From Phoronis australis (taxonomy: Eukaryota > Animalia > Phoronida): 64,000 nt of DNA. Made by a program: the position numbers and the translations under genes. The notes under the pieces were generated by a model, which did no database searches, was not told where the DNA came from, and saw nothing but the letters and a program-made list of their open reading frames with translations. Location of the stretch: positions 1-64,000 of the forward strand of contig NMRA01000030.1 in NCBI GenBank assembly GCA_002633005.1, read 5' to 3'. Below are positions 51,634 to 63,739 of this stretch, one piece after another (position 1 is the stretch's first letter; the number at the start of each line of letters is the position of its first letter).

Positions 51634-52803
51634 TATTATCAATTGACGTATAAAATCCTGAACTTTGCACACAATGGAAAAGAACATTTTTACTGAGGTC
51701 TTGAACAACTTTGTTAGGCACCAGACTAACAACAATGAGAGACGACCTATTTCTTAGCAAAATAACTTCACAAAGAAAACTTGATATGTTGCCAAATAGT
51801 ATTTATATAAGTATTTACTGACTTTAAAAGTACAAGGAAGAGTTTTTATTCAGCCTGAAGCATTTGTATATTAAGCTACTACCACAGAGTGGCCATATGG
51901 CCACGGACAACACTGCTCCATGCAGGATGAACACTTATCGCCTTGAATGGCTGAAATTCCTGTGACCATGAGATTACAAATTAAAATTATTGCATCATAT
52001 TCCTGACAGTAGAATAATTTCCCATAGCCAACATTCAGCTTATAAACTAGTAGTACACTGCACTACACTCCTCCCCTTGCGCAACACCTCTTGACCAACG
52101 GACAATGACGGAGGTAACAAACACCTTTCTCACATTTTCATGTTTTTTTGCCTATAAACTGAAATGACGTATGAGAACTGTCAGGGCAATTTGGTAGTGG
52201 TGGCAGGACAGCAAATATCAAATACAAGTGGGCGTTTTTGCACTACAAGTGTGAGCGCCATTGTAATTCAAGAGGCCGACATTGCAGTTCAATTGAGCGC
52301 ACTGTTTTGAAACAAAAAGTGTTCTTTTTTGTTGAAAACTTGCCTTATGTATCTGAGGTTTTCCGGGATTTTGCCTCTGTTTCACAATATGGTGAATCAG
52401 ATAAAGACACTTACTGGTCAAGCAAGGTTTCTCACTCAATTTATAACCAGAAGAGGTCCTGTTTCTGAAATTTGACGTACGTTCGTGATGAGCCAGGACA
52501 CCTGATACTAGCTTCGGGAGATGCGACTTGTTAAAAATTTCAACTTATCATTACATTAAGTACTACGCGTCATACTATATGCAAAGAAGCAGATAAAATG
52601 TGGACAATAGACAATAATCAAAATGTGAATCTAAAACAATCAAACAAAATGAAAGTGTTATGAGGAGCCACACTATGCAAAATCGAATAAAATTGTGAGG
52701 TGAGGTCGACGACGAAACCAAGAACATTAACAACCATGCCTCCAATGCCAATAACACCATCATAGTATGATAAACCAGTAAATGTGCAATGAGGAACCAG
52801 TCA

Positions 52804-54285
52804 ACTAGAAAACCTCAACTAAAATACACTTACTAAATTTAATGAAGATCCTGCAGTGGGTTTAGGAGATACAGCTATGGGCGCAAAACAAAACAACACT
52901 ACCACTAAGAGGCGCCACAGTGGTCAGTCGCCATCAACAAATGTCCTTTTCACACTGAGAACATATACGCCAATTTTCAAAACCATTCCTAGAATGATTT
53001 GGTTGATAGAGGGGTAGACACCAAAAACAAGATTTGAAAAGAGCAAAAATGGCCACTAGGTGGTGGCACAAAATAACTCGCTTCCATCCAAAAACAGGAG
53101 GAAAGCGTCATCTCACCAACAGATGCCAATATTCTAAATTTTAAGAAAATCTGTTGAAGACCTTTGAAAATACAGAGATTAAAGTTAAAAAAACTAAAAT
53201 TGCCACTACGGGGCACACCAGTAGTCAGATCCGTCTGAAAGTCGCCGTCGTGCGATGTCAACATCATATAAACGCATTCGATAAATTAAGTAAATATCCT
53301 GCAAACAGTTTAGGAGATACAGCCATGAGCACAAAACTGCCACTGGGAGGCGCCACAGTAGTCGAAGTTGTCGGAAAATCACTGTCAGCTGTCCACTTCA
53401 AAGTAAAAACATGACATGCCAATTTTCACAATTATCCTGAAAGCAGTTTCGTTCATAGCCGAGTGGACGCTTAAAAACAGACTCGAAAACAGTAAAAATG
53501 GCCACTAGGTGGTGTAAACTAGGTCGATTCCATCTGAAAACCAAAAGATACTGTCATCTCAATAACAGATGCCTATATGCCAAAGTTTATGAAAATACGT
53601 TAAGTACCTTTGAAGACACAGAGGTACACGTAAAAAAATAAAATTGCCACTAGGTGGTACATCAGAAGTCAGATCTGTCTGAAAGTCGTCGTCTTTTGTT
53701 GTTATCATCACGTAAATAAAGTTATTAAATTTAGTAAAGATCCTGCGAACGGTTGAGAAGATACAGGCATAGGCAGAAAAAAAAAAAAAACTGCCACTAG
53801 GAGGCGCCACAGTTGTTGAAGTCGTCCGCAAATCATCGTCTGCTGTCCACTTCATAGTAAATACATACATGCCAATTTTCACAATCATCCTTTGAGCCGT
53901 TTGGTTGATAGAAGGTTGCATTCGAAGAACAGACTCAAAAACAGTAAAAATGGCCACTGGGTGGCGCAAACTACGTCGAATCCATCCCAAAACGTAAGGA
54001 TAGCGTCATCTCACTAATAGGTGCCTACATACCACATTTTATGAAAATCCGTTGAGGCCTTTTGAAAATAAAGAGGTAAACGTAAAAAACTAAAATTGAC
54101 ACTAGCGGGCACACCGGTAGTCGGATCCGTCTGAAAGATGGCTCATGCCGTCCCATCCACAGAAGGAACAGGTGCAAAATTTCATTAACATACGTCAAGG
54201 GGTTTAGGAGATAGAGAAGCGGACGCCAGATGGATGGAGATGACGGCATAATGCGTCCACATATAAATAAGTGAGCGCATAAAAA
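52804..54285 (-). mobile_element. Helentron-like element family B with 3x3 higher-order array of ~150-bp subunits
   Basis: ACTAG left terminus. Nine subunits of three alternating types (period ~450 bp). GGAC/GGAT microsatellite remnant and hairpin ATGCGTCCAC...GTGAGCGCAT before the terminal A-run. Confidence 0.6.
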
Positions 54286-55987
54286 TGATAGATTGACAAT
54301 GATCTATTCATAGAAAAAAAAAAAAAAATTCCACCAGAGGTACAGGAACTCCATAAACCAAAACAGTGAAAAATGGCCGCCATAGAGTTATCTTGCTTCC
54401 GATTTTAAGGATATCTCCAACCTTATTCACAAAAATTGGATGCTTATTACGGCGAATACAGTATTTGAGGTTTTAATGATAATGAAGTTGATTACGCACT
54501 ACAAAATCAGTTGACATTGCGAGTGAACGTTGAAATAGCTAACATAGTTAAGGCTTGTACAGGTTATGTGTGCCGAAAATAAGTTTTCGTCGAATAATTA
54601 ACCAAAGACTTTGAGATTTTCACTAGTTTAATCAGCTTTTTCTGGGCTTCGCCAAATCGACTTTATTTGAACTTAAGAACACTAGTTCTCGAAAACGGCT
54701 AAGTGGATTTCGCTGAAACTTTCCCAACTTAATATTTAGTCATCAATCTCAAAAACATTGTTAGGATTTTTGAAACAAAGGCCTAGTTTTTGCATAATGT
54801 GACAAAGACGAATATGGCTTCAATTTTTTACAAAAATACCTTACGTTTTGCGAGTTGATTTGTCATAGAAACCAAACCAACATACTAATCGAAAATTCCT
54901 AACAGCGTTTTTGAGGTAACTGTTGAAGTTTTCATTTAACAAAGGTTTCATTTAAATCGACCAAGGGGTTATTTTGCTATGAATGTACCTTTCTTAAAAA
55001 TGAAATTTTTACTTAAAAATGGTTTTTACGTAAAAATAATAATGGAACATCAATACAAAAAGTATTTTTATATTTCCTGGTCTTTGTTCTTTCACAAAAT
55101 ATATACCTTTACTAGTTGACAAAGCTTAGTTTTTTGATATACGAGTTAGAATGGAGGCCACTAAATAACGTTTGAGATAACCGTAACCAACAACAATTAT
55201 AGGCTTCAAAGCATTCACAAGAAACGTGTGTAAATTTCACACTGATAAGAATTGCGATCTGTGACATTCGAACAACGAAACAAACAAGAAAAAACAAACA
55301 GATTTCATGACAACCCAACAGATTTGGAGAAATTTCATTTCACCAAGTAATAGTAACGAATTTACGCTCGGGTGATATCAATACATGTTCAAGGACAACA
55401 TGGCCGTCACTCAGAAATCGTTCCTTGATGTACACGGAACTAGGACCAAACGAATAGACTATGACTTTCTGATCACAGCCCAGGTACAATACAGTGTGAA
55501 TATCTCAGTTTAAGAATAAAATGTACTTTAACTGCCGCCAAGAATTTGAAATGGAAAATGCTTCAGTTATAGCATTTTTTTAAAAGGAACAGCAAAGCAT
55601 TCCATTGATTTGAACTTCCACAATGCCCATTGATTTGAACCTTCGCAACACACATGACCATACATTTGGCGGAATAGTTTATCATCAGAAGGGTTGGACA
55701 CACCAGGACCAAGTCACAATCAAGTGCTTACCAAATCTGGTTTAAATAACATTAGCCATCTGCGCCTGGTTTCTAGACTTTATCCATCATACATCATCTA
55801 TACACAAGCATCTTTTGAAAGAACATGCAAGTGCTGATAGTAGCTATGTCATCACCCATTAAGATGACAATAATCATAACACTTCAAAATTCTCACCAAA
55901 ATCAAGTATATTGCTATAATACTTTCCACTTTTCTGTTAATTATAAAACTACAGTTCAATACATGTTGAAGATAAATTTGAAGCAGA

Positions 55988-56257
55988 AAACCACAGACTA
56001 CCCCAAGCTATACCCGTAAACCACAGACTACCCTAAGCTATACCCGTAAACCACAGACTACCCTAAGCTATACCCGTAAACCACAGACTACCCTAAGCTA
56101 TACCCGTAAACCCCAGACTACCCTAAGCTATACCCGTAAACCACAGACTACCCTAAGCTATACCAGTAAACCACAGACTACCCTAAGCTATACCAGTAAA
56201 CCACAGACTACCCTAAGCTATACCAGTAAACCACAGACTACCCTAAGCTATACCAGT
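55988..56257. repeat. 30-bp minisatellite x9 (AAACCACAGACTACCCTAAGCTATACC[C/A]GT)
   Basis: Near-perfect array; the first five units carry C and the last four carry A. Confidence 0.97.
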
Positions 56258-56849
56258 AAGATGAGTTCCCAGTATATCAGTGGAGGAACAGTTACTTCAT
56301 GCATCCATGTTATTCTTGGAAACGGAAGTGACATTACTTAAGCTTAAACTGTTATTTTGTCACGATGTATTTGATTCATATTTTGTTTTACCTATTTCAG
56401 TCTCAGTATATAGTTCAGGGATAGGTGCCTAATAATTTCTTGAATGCATTTTTATGTGTCAAACGTGTGAATGTTCAACCACTTCAACTTCAGTACGTGG
56501 CAAATCTTAATCGTCCATTTTCAGAGCTTTCGATTTCCTATGCATTTGACAATTTAAAACATCTAGTTTTCTTTCGCACTTGAATAGATTTGCAAAAAAT
56601 GCACTTATAATGGTCGAGGGTAAGACATGTCTTAGATTTTCCTTTGTTATCAAGTACCAGTTATTTGTAAATACCTGGAAAGAGCAGTTGTTTCCATTAT
56701 TTGATGGTAGATTGAATCTTTTATAAAAATCCTAGATGTCTAAGAGTCGCTTCAACACACTCAGTAGTCACAGAAATTTAACAGATATTTCGCCAAAGCA
56801 GACAAACCTAAACCAAACAAAACCTCTTTAACAGAACTTAAGCTGGATA

Positions 56850-56940
56850 TATTTATTATTTATTATTTACTTATTTAATAATGTAATATTTACAATGAGG
56901 GTGGCCCCATCAGTTCACACTGCTTTCTATGGGGGCCCTC
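56850..56940 (-). mobile_element. 3' tail of an L2/Crack-type LINE or partner SINE
   Basis: Minus-strand stem-loop GAGGGCCCCCAT...ATGGGGCCACCCTC followed by an (AATAA)n-like tail, the typical L2-clade 3' end architecture. Confidence 0.5.
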
Positions 56941-57501
56941 AGATGTCAGGTGTGCCCACACCAACTTTTTGTTCTTCTGGTCATACGCATTGAAAATGCG
57001 ATAGAATGCTGTTGCAATCTTTGGTACTAAAAATTTGACACAAATTTCCCATTGAAACATGCTTTTTGTTTCTCAAACAACTTTGCTGTGGCGCACTTGG
57101 ATCACCGTTCAAGCACTTGCCCTGCCAGGCAAATCATCTCCTTAACGTAACCTTCTGCGACCTAAAACCTTAGTCCAGGGCAGCTGGAGAGCTGGAAAAC
57201 CGCTGCTATCTAATGGGACCTGTGTTAAGTTGATGTTCAGGTATTTCAAGATCAACAGTAAATGAACTGCACTAAAATTGAGCACAAGACACAAAAAACA
57301 ACTAGTTTAGTTAACTGTGTTTACAAGTAAATAGCTCTTAGTTGTAGGAGCATCCTCCGGTAATATGAAACACATGGGTAAAAAAATAGTGTTTGAAAAA
57401 GTAATTATTTTCGATGGGACGATGTTCTCAGATATGAAATCAAGAATTCATAATCATTATTACAAGTAATAATAATTAAAAGTAGCGCAGTAAATTGTTA
57501 C

Positions 57502-57671
57502 CTGGCCAAATGGCTCCTTGTATGTATACACAGACACAGGACTTCCTTTTAACCGTGAGTCCCAACTATAGATGGCATTGTGAGCACCAGTCATAAACAC
57601 ATGATGGTTGATTGGGTGGTACTTTAAGCATGTGACGAAACTTGGATGGTTAAAACATTGGATCTCAGTAC
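57502..57671 (-). CDS. WDR25: WDR25 coding exon 2
   Basis: ttcttgcAG / GTAACA, 170 nt, phase 1-0. GTEIQCFNHPSFVTCLKYHP...IYSWDSR...YKEPFGQ. Confidence 0.92.
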
Positions 57672-58026
57672 CTGCAAGAAAATGTTCTGAGTAAGTTATA
57701 CCAGTCAATACAAAAATACCAGTGTTATTTTATAATCAATTTTAAAAAATGCACACTAATCAATCCACACACACCAAACACTGTACTCCAAAGCTGAATA
57801 TGCAGTTGCTCATCAACTTGAACTACATCTATTAGTTATAACTGTATTTACACGGTAGTACTTCCTTCAAAAACGACATATATACCATTTCAATTGGGCA
57901 AGAACTCAAGTATCAGGAGTCCAAAAATGTTTCTTTCAAGTGAGAATTCCTTCTCGTCCAAATAAGATAAAAAGGCAAACATTTCCTACACATGAGTGGT
58001 CAGGACTGAATGAGTCCTGTCTTTAC

Positions 58027-58978
58027 CTTTCTCTACGTCACTCAATCGAGCAGTGCAATCAAACCCACAGCTGAGAACTTCTCTAGCGGAGGCGGACCAC
58101 TCAGCATCTTTAACTGCCTTAGTGTGATGGCTCAGAGTCTGAACGCCAAAGTCAACGGATGAAAAGACATTCCATATCTTCACCGTCTTGTCCATGGAGG
58201 TGGACAACAAGAGATGACTGTATTGAGGCAAACACCACTCTATAGAGTTAACAGCCCCGGTGTGAGCTTTAATAGTCTTACAAATATTTCTGGGTAGTCT
58301 ATGCTGTGGAGTTGCTCCAATATGTGGCGATATGGCATGGTGCACAAAAAAGCATATTCTGCTCTTCTGAGACACTGTAGACGGAAGTGATGAATCCTTT
58401 TGACACGGAGCATCCTGACTTTTACTTTCATTCAATCTTATTCTCTTTGATTTGTAGCCCACGTCCTGGCTGACGGTGACTCTAACAGGCTGCGAATTTT
58501 TTGCCTGTTCAGAATAATCATATTGTCTATGGTGTGGCACTTTATGGAACAGTTCACTTGTATAAACATGCTCTGTGTTTAGTCTTTGCTCCAAATTATC
58601 CAGCTCGCCCTCTCCCCAGAAACTTGGAGTTGGATAAGATTGCACAGTATCGTTACCGTTTGCCTTGGAGTGACTATTGAAGGACATTATCTGCTCTACC
58701 GCACCATCTTCTGTATGTTCATTTGCGTAAAACTCGCTTCCATAAAGACCGAAGTAATTCAAATTCGGAACACCCTGTTTGTTTTGGTTCAAGGAATCGG
58801 TTGACGAAGTCGAAGAAGTGAAACATGGCGGTTGACCCAGATCCGAAGGTATGTACGAACTGTGTGCTTCTGTAAAATAATTTGGCACAAAAACTTTTCC
58901 GTTCGTCGGTGGGTGTTGTTGCGACACTTCACTCTCTCTTTTTGTCCTGGTGCCGGTAAAGGCTCTGTATCCAGACAT
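58027..58978 (-). CDS. WDR25: WDR25 coding exon 1 (low-complexity N-terminus + first WD40 repeats)
   Basis: ATG at 58978, donor G/GTAAAG, 952 nt, phase 1. HTGAVNSIEWCLPQYSHLLLSTSMDKTVKIWN...HTKAVKDAEWS...LSCGFD. The five exons total 1623 nt = 540 aa + stop. Confidence 0.92.
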
Positions 58979-59321
58979 TATAAAACCACATGCAAGAAAA
59001 ACATGAACCGTGATGGAAGCTTATGTTGACATATTTACGCCACAATAATTTTCGTCCAATGAAAATTCGGCTAACATATTGCAGGCAAATTTTTTAACCA
59101 ATCAACATCAATGTGAGAACTAATTGTTATCAGAAAATCCTGTAGACGTCGCTTCAGCAAGTCTGAAATGAGTGGGGAATCGGCAGCAGCAGCAAACTGG
59201 TAAACAGGGTCAACATTGTAAACAGCTGGTGACAGCGAGTGATTGAACACTGTTGAAAGACGTGATTCAGTAGCCTAAATTTGTTCTCTTTCCATATTTG
59301 GTTGAAAGCGGCCTTTCGTGC
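58979..59321. promoter_or_regulatory. Probable bidirectional promoter between WDR25 and the SERAC1-like gene
   Basis: Only 343 bp separate the divergent ATGs. There are two CCAAT motifs (~59056, ~59098) and a locally higher CpG density. Confidence 0.55.
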
Positions 59322-59370
59322 ATGAGTCTCGAAAGAATCAAAGGTCTGATTGGAACCATTCGTCAAGGAG
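59322..59370 (+). CDS. SERAC1: SERAC1-like protein, first coding exon (MSLERIKGLIGTIRQG)
   Basis: ATG with an in-frame upstream stop, donor GAG/GTATGC, phase 1 compatible with the next exon. Confidence 0.5.
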
Positions 59371-59758
59371 GTATGCAGTCTCTTACTCTTGTCTTAGACT
59401 TAGTCTTTGACTTTTGACGTGCATACTCGACCGTTGTCAACTGAAGTGAAAGTGAAATTTATCCACATCCCATGTGACATGTGGTGTGTGGCACCAATAC
59501 CATACAGTTCCAGTGCCATTGCTTGCAATTAAAATTCATGGTGGGAGGAAGAAATATTTGTTTCTCAACATTTCTGGTCAAATATATCATGATGGCGGTT
59601 CACGATTTTGTGAACTAGCAGTACTACCCAAATCAGGCACTGCAATGTTAAACTACTGACAAAAACTTGTGTATTTGACAAACAACACTTTAAAGTGTTG
59701 TAGATGTGCTTCCGGTGAATTATATGAGCCTCAGTTAGCTACTCGCTAACGGGCAATT

Positions 59759-59829
59759 GCCTATTAGCTGAATGGTTAGCACGCTTGCCGGTTTTATGGG
59801 GGTCGCGGGTTCGATCCCCGAGTCGGGTG
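59759..59829 (+). pseudogene. tRNA-like sequence (SINE head or tRNA pseudogene)
   Basis: A box TAGCTGAATGGTTAG and T arm CGCGGGTTCGATCCCCG. Anticodon and acceptor stems pair poorly. Confidence 0.6.
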
Positions 59830-59934
59830 ATCTCGGCTATTACTACAAAAGCATGACTGCATACAGTCGCGTTTTGTTTCAAAATTCAACGTCAAAGTGG
59901 AGATGAATTCAGTGCTTCAAAATATAGTTCATTA

Positions 59935-60011
59935 TAGGCAATGACCATCGCCTCTGTTGGCCCGAACCAGAGCCTCTGGTTCGGGCCAACAAAGGCGATG
60001 GTCATTGCCTA
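59935..60011. mobile_element. 77-bp palindromic mini-transposon with 9-bp TSD
   Basis: 38-bp arms (59935-59972, 59974-60011) are reverse-complementary with one mismatch and a 1-nt spacer. Exact direct repeat AGTTCATTA at 59926-59934 and 60012-60020. Confidence 0.85.
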
Positions 60012-60563
60012 AGTTCATTATTGCTGGAGCATGGTGAGCAGGCTCTACATGGTTTTATGGCTTGTCATAGCATATCATTTTGTGTACTGAGCATTGTCTA
60101 AAAGAATAATAAACTATATGCAATTGCTTTCAAAATCTCGGTCTAACGCAATATGTTTTTACATCCCTTTGGAAAAGTGTTGAATTCTGGATGTAACTGT
60201 CCCATATTGATTTTTGGACCTGACTTGCCTTGAACACTGGAGTTCCTAGAAAGTGTGCAAGGCATATGCATTGTTAAAGAGTTGACCACACATTTTGCTA
60301 TAAATGTAGAAAATCTGGTTTTAATTATGGTTCCATAGGCGCATCCAGGTGATCCGGACTTCACTTTCTTTCCCTTGATTTTAGTGATACCAAATCATCT
60401 AGAATTTCAAATTGTTGACTTGGACGGTGGACCCCTTTTAAAAAATCGAGGATCTGCCCCTGAGCTCTGCCTTTCATTCCTTAACATTTGATATGCTTAG
60501 CCATTAAGAAAGCAAGTACCTGTATTTCCAATCAGTTGTTGTCATGATGAATTTTTATTTCAG

Positions 60564-60597
60564 GTGGTGTTCTCCTGGTCTCAACATCTGTTCTTGG
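60564..60597 (+). CDS. SERAC1: SERAC1-like 34-nt microexon (GGVLLVSTSVLG, start of TM segment)
   Basis: ttttatttcAG / GTAACA, phase 1-2; joins the flanking exons in frame. Confidence 0.55.
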
Positions 60598-61222
60598 GTA
60601 ACACATGCTTTCCATCTGTCAAGTCAACTATGTCTACATGCGTTATTGAATCATTCGTGTTTTAATTCTAAAATTAAAATTGAAGTCAAATAGAGTTGTT
60701 AGTTGTCAGTAATACCATTAGTTAGTGCAGTTCAGTGGGTCAAAGATCATTGTCGCTGAAGTTGGGGGGGGGGCGGGAGATGTTGATACGATAGCATGTC
60801 TGATAGAGCACTTGGCTTGTCGTCATCAACCAACTTAGACTTAGAACTTAGACTTATTAACATTTTTTTTCTGTAATTGAATCCGAGTGTTTTTTCCCGT
60901 AGACATTTTCTCCCCAACGAGAGACAAAAACAGTGCTTAGCTATAAAACTTTCGCTTTGTTACAAACAACACTCCAGTGTTGTGGTTTAACGGAGAATGA
61001 AAATCACGATACTGTGGCTGGTCGTGAAAATGATGTTTGACCGCTAAATTCAGTCAGTGGAGTCACCAAAATACTCTGGCTATAATCAATATGTCAGTAT
61101 GCCTTCCTGCTATATAATTAATACTTTAACTCTGATTGCAAATGACTTGTAACTTGTTTATGTTCTGGCGATGGTACTTTGGCAGCGATTTGCAAAAATC
61201 TGATGGCTGAACCCTGTTTAAA

Positions 61223-61477
61223 CAGGGCTTGGAATTTTCCTTTTTTACAAGGATTTCCTCTTTTTTAGTTTTAATTTCTGCTTATTTGATTTTCAGTTTC
61301 CTTTTCCTTTGTCTCTTTTTTCATTATTTTGACTTTATTCATGCAAAAACGTTGATTTCACTTAAATTTTACAACGCAAAAAATATTTCTGTCACACAAA
61401 CCTATTTATTTGTGGAACAATATATATAATATATCACCTGGAAAATTGTCCTCTTTTTGTCATTGGTCATTCCAAGC
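61223..61477. mobile_element. hAT-like MITE, homologous to 19549-19782
   Basis: Starts CAGGGCTTGGAATTTTCC, colinear with the 19.5 kb copy, ends GTCATTGGTCATTCCAAGC. Confidence 0.55.
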
Positions 61478-61768
61478 AGTAAAAGGTCTGCTTTTTGTTT
61501 TTTTACCGGTGCTATTACGCATGTAGTTTGCCAAAGTGATGTGCAAAGTTCTTGGATTCTGACCAATTCATTGTGGTCACCACTTGGTACTCCTTGTTTC
61601 TATAGCTCTCTGCTGCATGTTTATTCAAGCTCATGTTTCATATGCAACCCGGTGCAGATTTTTTTTTTTGCTCATTTTGTAAAATGGTCACAAATTTTAG
61701 TTATTGCAAACTTATAAATAGAGAACATTAAATTTGCTTAAATGACACGTTTTTATGTTGACTTTCAG

Positions 61769-61893
61769 TGTCGTCACTGGATTGCTTGCAGTTTTTGTCA
61801 AGACGAGTTCTCCAGTCTTCTTCAAGGAAATTGAGTCATGGCCTCACAGGAAACGGAGTCCTTACATCTATGTGGACAAATCTAGTAATTTGG
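61769..61893 (+). CDS. SERAC1: SERAC1-like coding exon 3 (VVTGLLAVFVKTSSPVFFKEIESWPHRKRSPYIYVDKSSNL)
   Basis: actttcAG / GTATTA, phase 2-1. A hydrophobic TM end is followed by a basic-xx-YIYV motif, as in SERAC1 (EKMKSYIYV). Confidence 0.6.
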
Positions 61894-62915
61894 GTATTAT
61901 CTATCTTGCTCTCTGCAACTTTGCTGAAATTAATTGATTAGTCACAAGTCATGAAATTTAAAAGAGCACCCGAATTCAACTCTCCTGTTTGCAGAAATAG
62001 AGAAACACATTCATTGATCTAAATTAAATTTAAAAGTTAGACCACTTATTATAGATGAATAAGAAAAGAGCAATATGTTCTTCTTTGCTTTCCAAAATTC
62101 TCAGATTATTTGGGACTAATTTGCGAAAGATTTTCAGCTACTTTCCTTCTAATTGACGTCACAATTTTTGACATAACTTCGAAATTTGTTTACTGTAGCG
62201 TACAAGTGCATAGGATTGTGGATGATTATCAGAGAGGTCACAGTGGTTTTTGGATGAGAGTAGGTGACACAAAAATGCTTTTTATAAGTCTGCAGAGCTT
62301 GTTGCTAAAAACATTTTTATGGTCTACTATACCAGTGAGTACTGTTATCTAAGCAGACTGATAATGTGATGTTTTCTGCAAGATAGTATAAATACAACTT
62401 ATTGTCTAATCATTGCCTGGATGTGTTTGTGATGTTCAGGTGTTGATATAGGTGATTATTGGAACATTCTGAATCAGTTTTCTTATAATAATTGTTTCAA
62501 TAATGATGGTTAAAAATTTTTTTTTAAAATTTATATCTAATCTGTAGCTTCAATGTTGCAGAACAAAAATCAGATTGAAATGTTTGCCAGCCCCCAAAAT
62601 GTGTCCAAATAGAGATAAAGTTGCAGCCGAAACTTTGCAAGGTCAGGTGGTCAGCCGCGGCATAAGTAGCTGAAGACAATGGAGGAGAAAAGTAACTGAT
62701 ATTCATCAGATGACTAATAGACAGAGGAATGAAAATCATAAGACAATAGTACACAAATTTGTATCTGGGGTTCCACATAAACTTTTGCTCTGGCGTAATG
62801 CTTGATTGTATAATCAGTCAAATATTTTGTTATTTTTAAAAAACACTCTGAACTTAGCAATTGTTTGTTTCTTAGTTTCGTGTGATGCTGCTTAATCTTG
62901 TCTTGGTATCACCAG

Positions 62916-63059
62916 GTGGTAAAGTTGTCAGCAACCCAAATGAAAATGGAGATAATCTGCTACCAGAGACTCCTTTGCACACAGAAGAGCATTCCACCAC
63001 CTTCACCACTGCCAAAGTTGTGAGAGGAAAGACCAATCAAAAGGTCTATATGCCTGCAG
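62916..63059 (+). CDS. SERAC1: SERAC1-like coding exon 4 (poorly conserved linker)
   Basis: accAG / GTAGAT, 144 nt, phase 1-1, open frame GKVVSNPNENGDNLLPETP...KVYMPA. Supported mainly by phase continuity. Confidence 0.45.
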
Positions 63060-63607
63060 GTAGATTTTAATGTCATTTGCCATTTTCATTTACACAATTT
63101 TTTAAAATGTTTTCTCTTGCATCGTGAGCAGATTGTTTTAATACTGTCTTTTAACTAAAATGAGTTGATGTGGTGACAAGTTATGATACAGCTTTTGTTT
63201 GTCAGTTGAGTGGGGTTTGTTTTTGAGCAAAAAGGCTGACCTACAAAACAATGAACACTTAACTGCAAACTTTAAAGCATATCATTTGGTGACAATTTGG
63301 CAGATCTTAAAACATGCAGATGAAATGACATTTCACGACCATGGTGTACAAGACATTAGTGGAATCTATCGTCATAGCAACTGACCATTATGATCATTAA
63401 TGTCGGGATTTTACAGGGAAGTTGCCTAAGGAAAATGCTCTTCCAGAATTTTGTATTTTGCTGGAATTATGGTGGTGATCACGGTGATGGTGTTTCTGGT
63501 TGTATTTGTAATTAACCATCATGAGTGGGGAAACGTGGTTTCTTTTGTCCATCACTGTATCGTAACCACTAGCAGCAAGCAGATGTTGGTGAGCTTTTAA
63601 TTTTCAG

Positions 63608-63739
63608 TGCAACTCTTCCAACGGTTCAAAGCACATCAGAGTAATGATGCAAGGACGTTGCTTATGTTGTCAAGGTCAGCTGATCCTCGAGTGCACATAG
63701 CCGCTGTGGTTTCAATGGCAAACACGGAGGATTGGACAG
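63608..63739 (+). CDS. SERAC1: SERAC1-like coding exon (QLFQRFKAHQSNDARTLLMLSRSADPRVHIAAVVSMANTEDWT); gene continues beyond the window
   Basis: ttttcAG / GTTTGT, 132 nt, phase 1-1. Resembles SERAC1 [29 protein letters not shown]. Confidence 0.6.

Noticed and set aside
54549-55112. Kolobok/piggyBac-type TTAA element (similar AT-rich stretches at 4190-4900 and 56339-56843)
   Set aside because: Probably non-autonomous TEs, but I could not verify matching TIRs or TSDs.
57986-58026. C-terminal KDRTHSVLTTHV of the 330-aa ORF
   Set aside because: Read-through into the intron beyond the donor after 58027.
60334-60462. Small MITE with AGGCGCATCC / GGATCTGCCCCTG ends
   Set aside because: The TIR is imperfect and there is no TSD; insufficient support.
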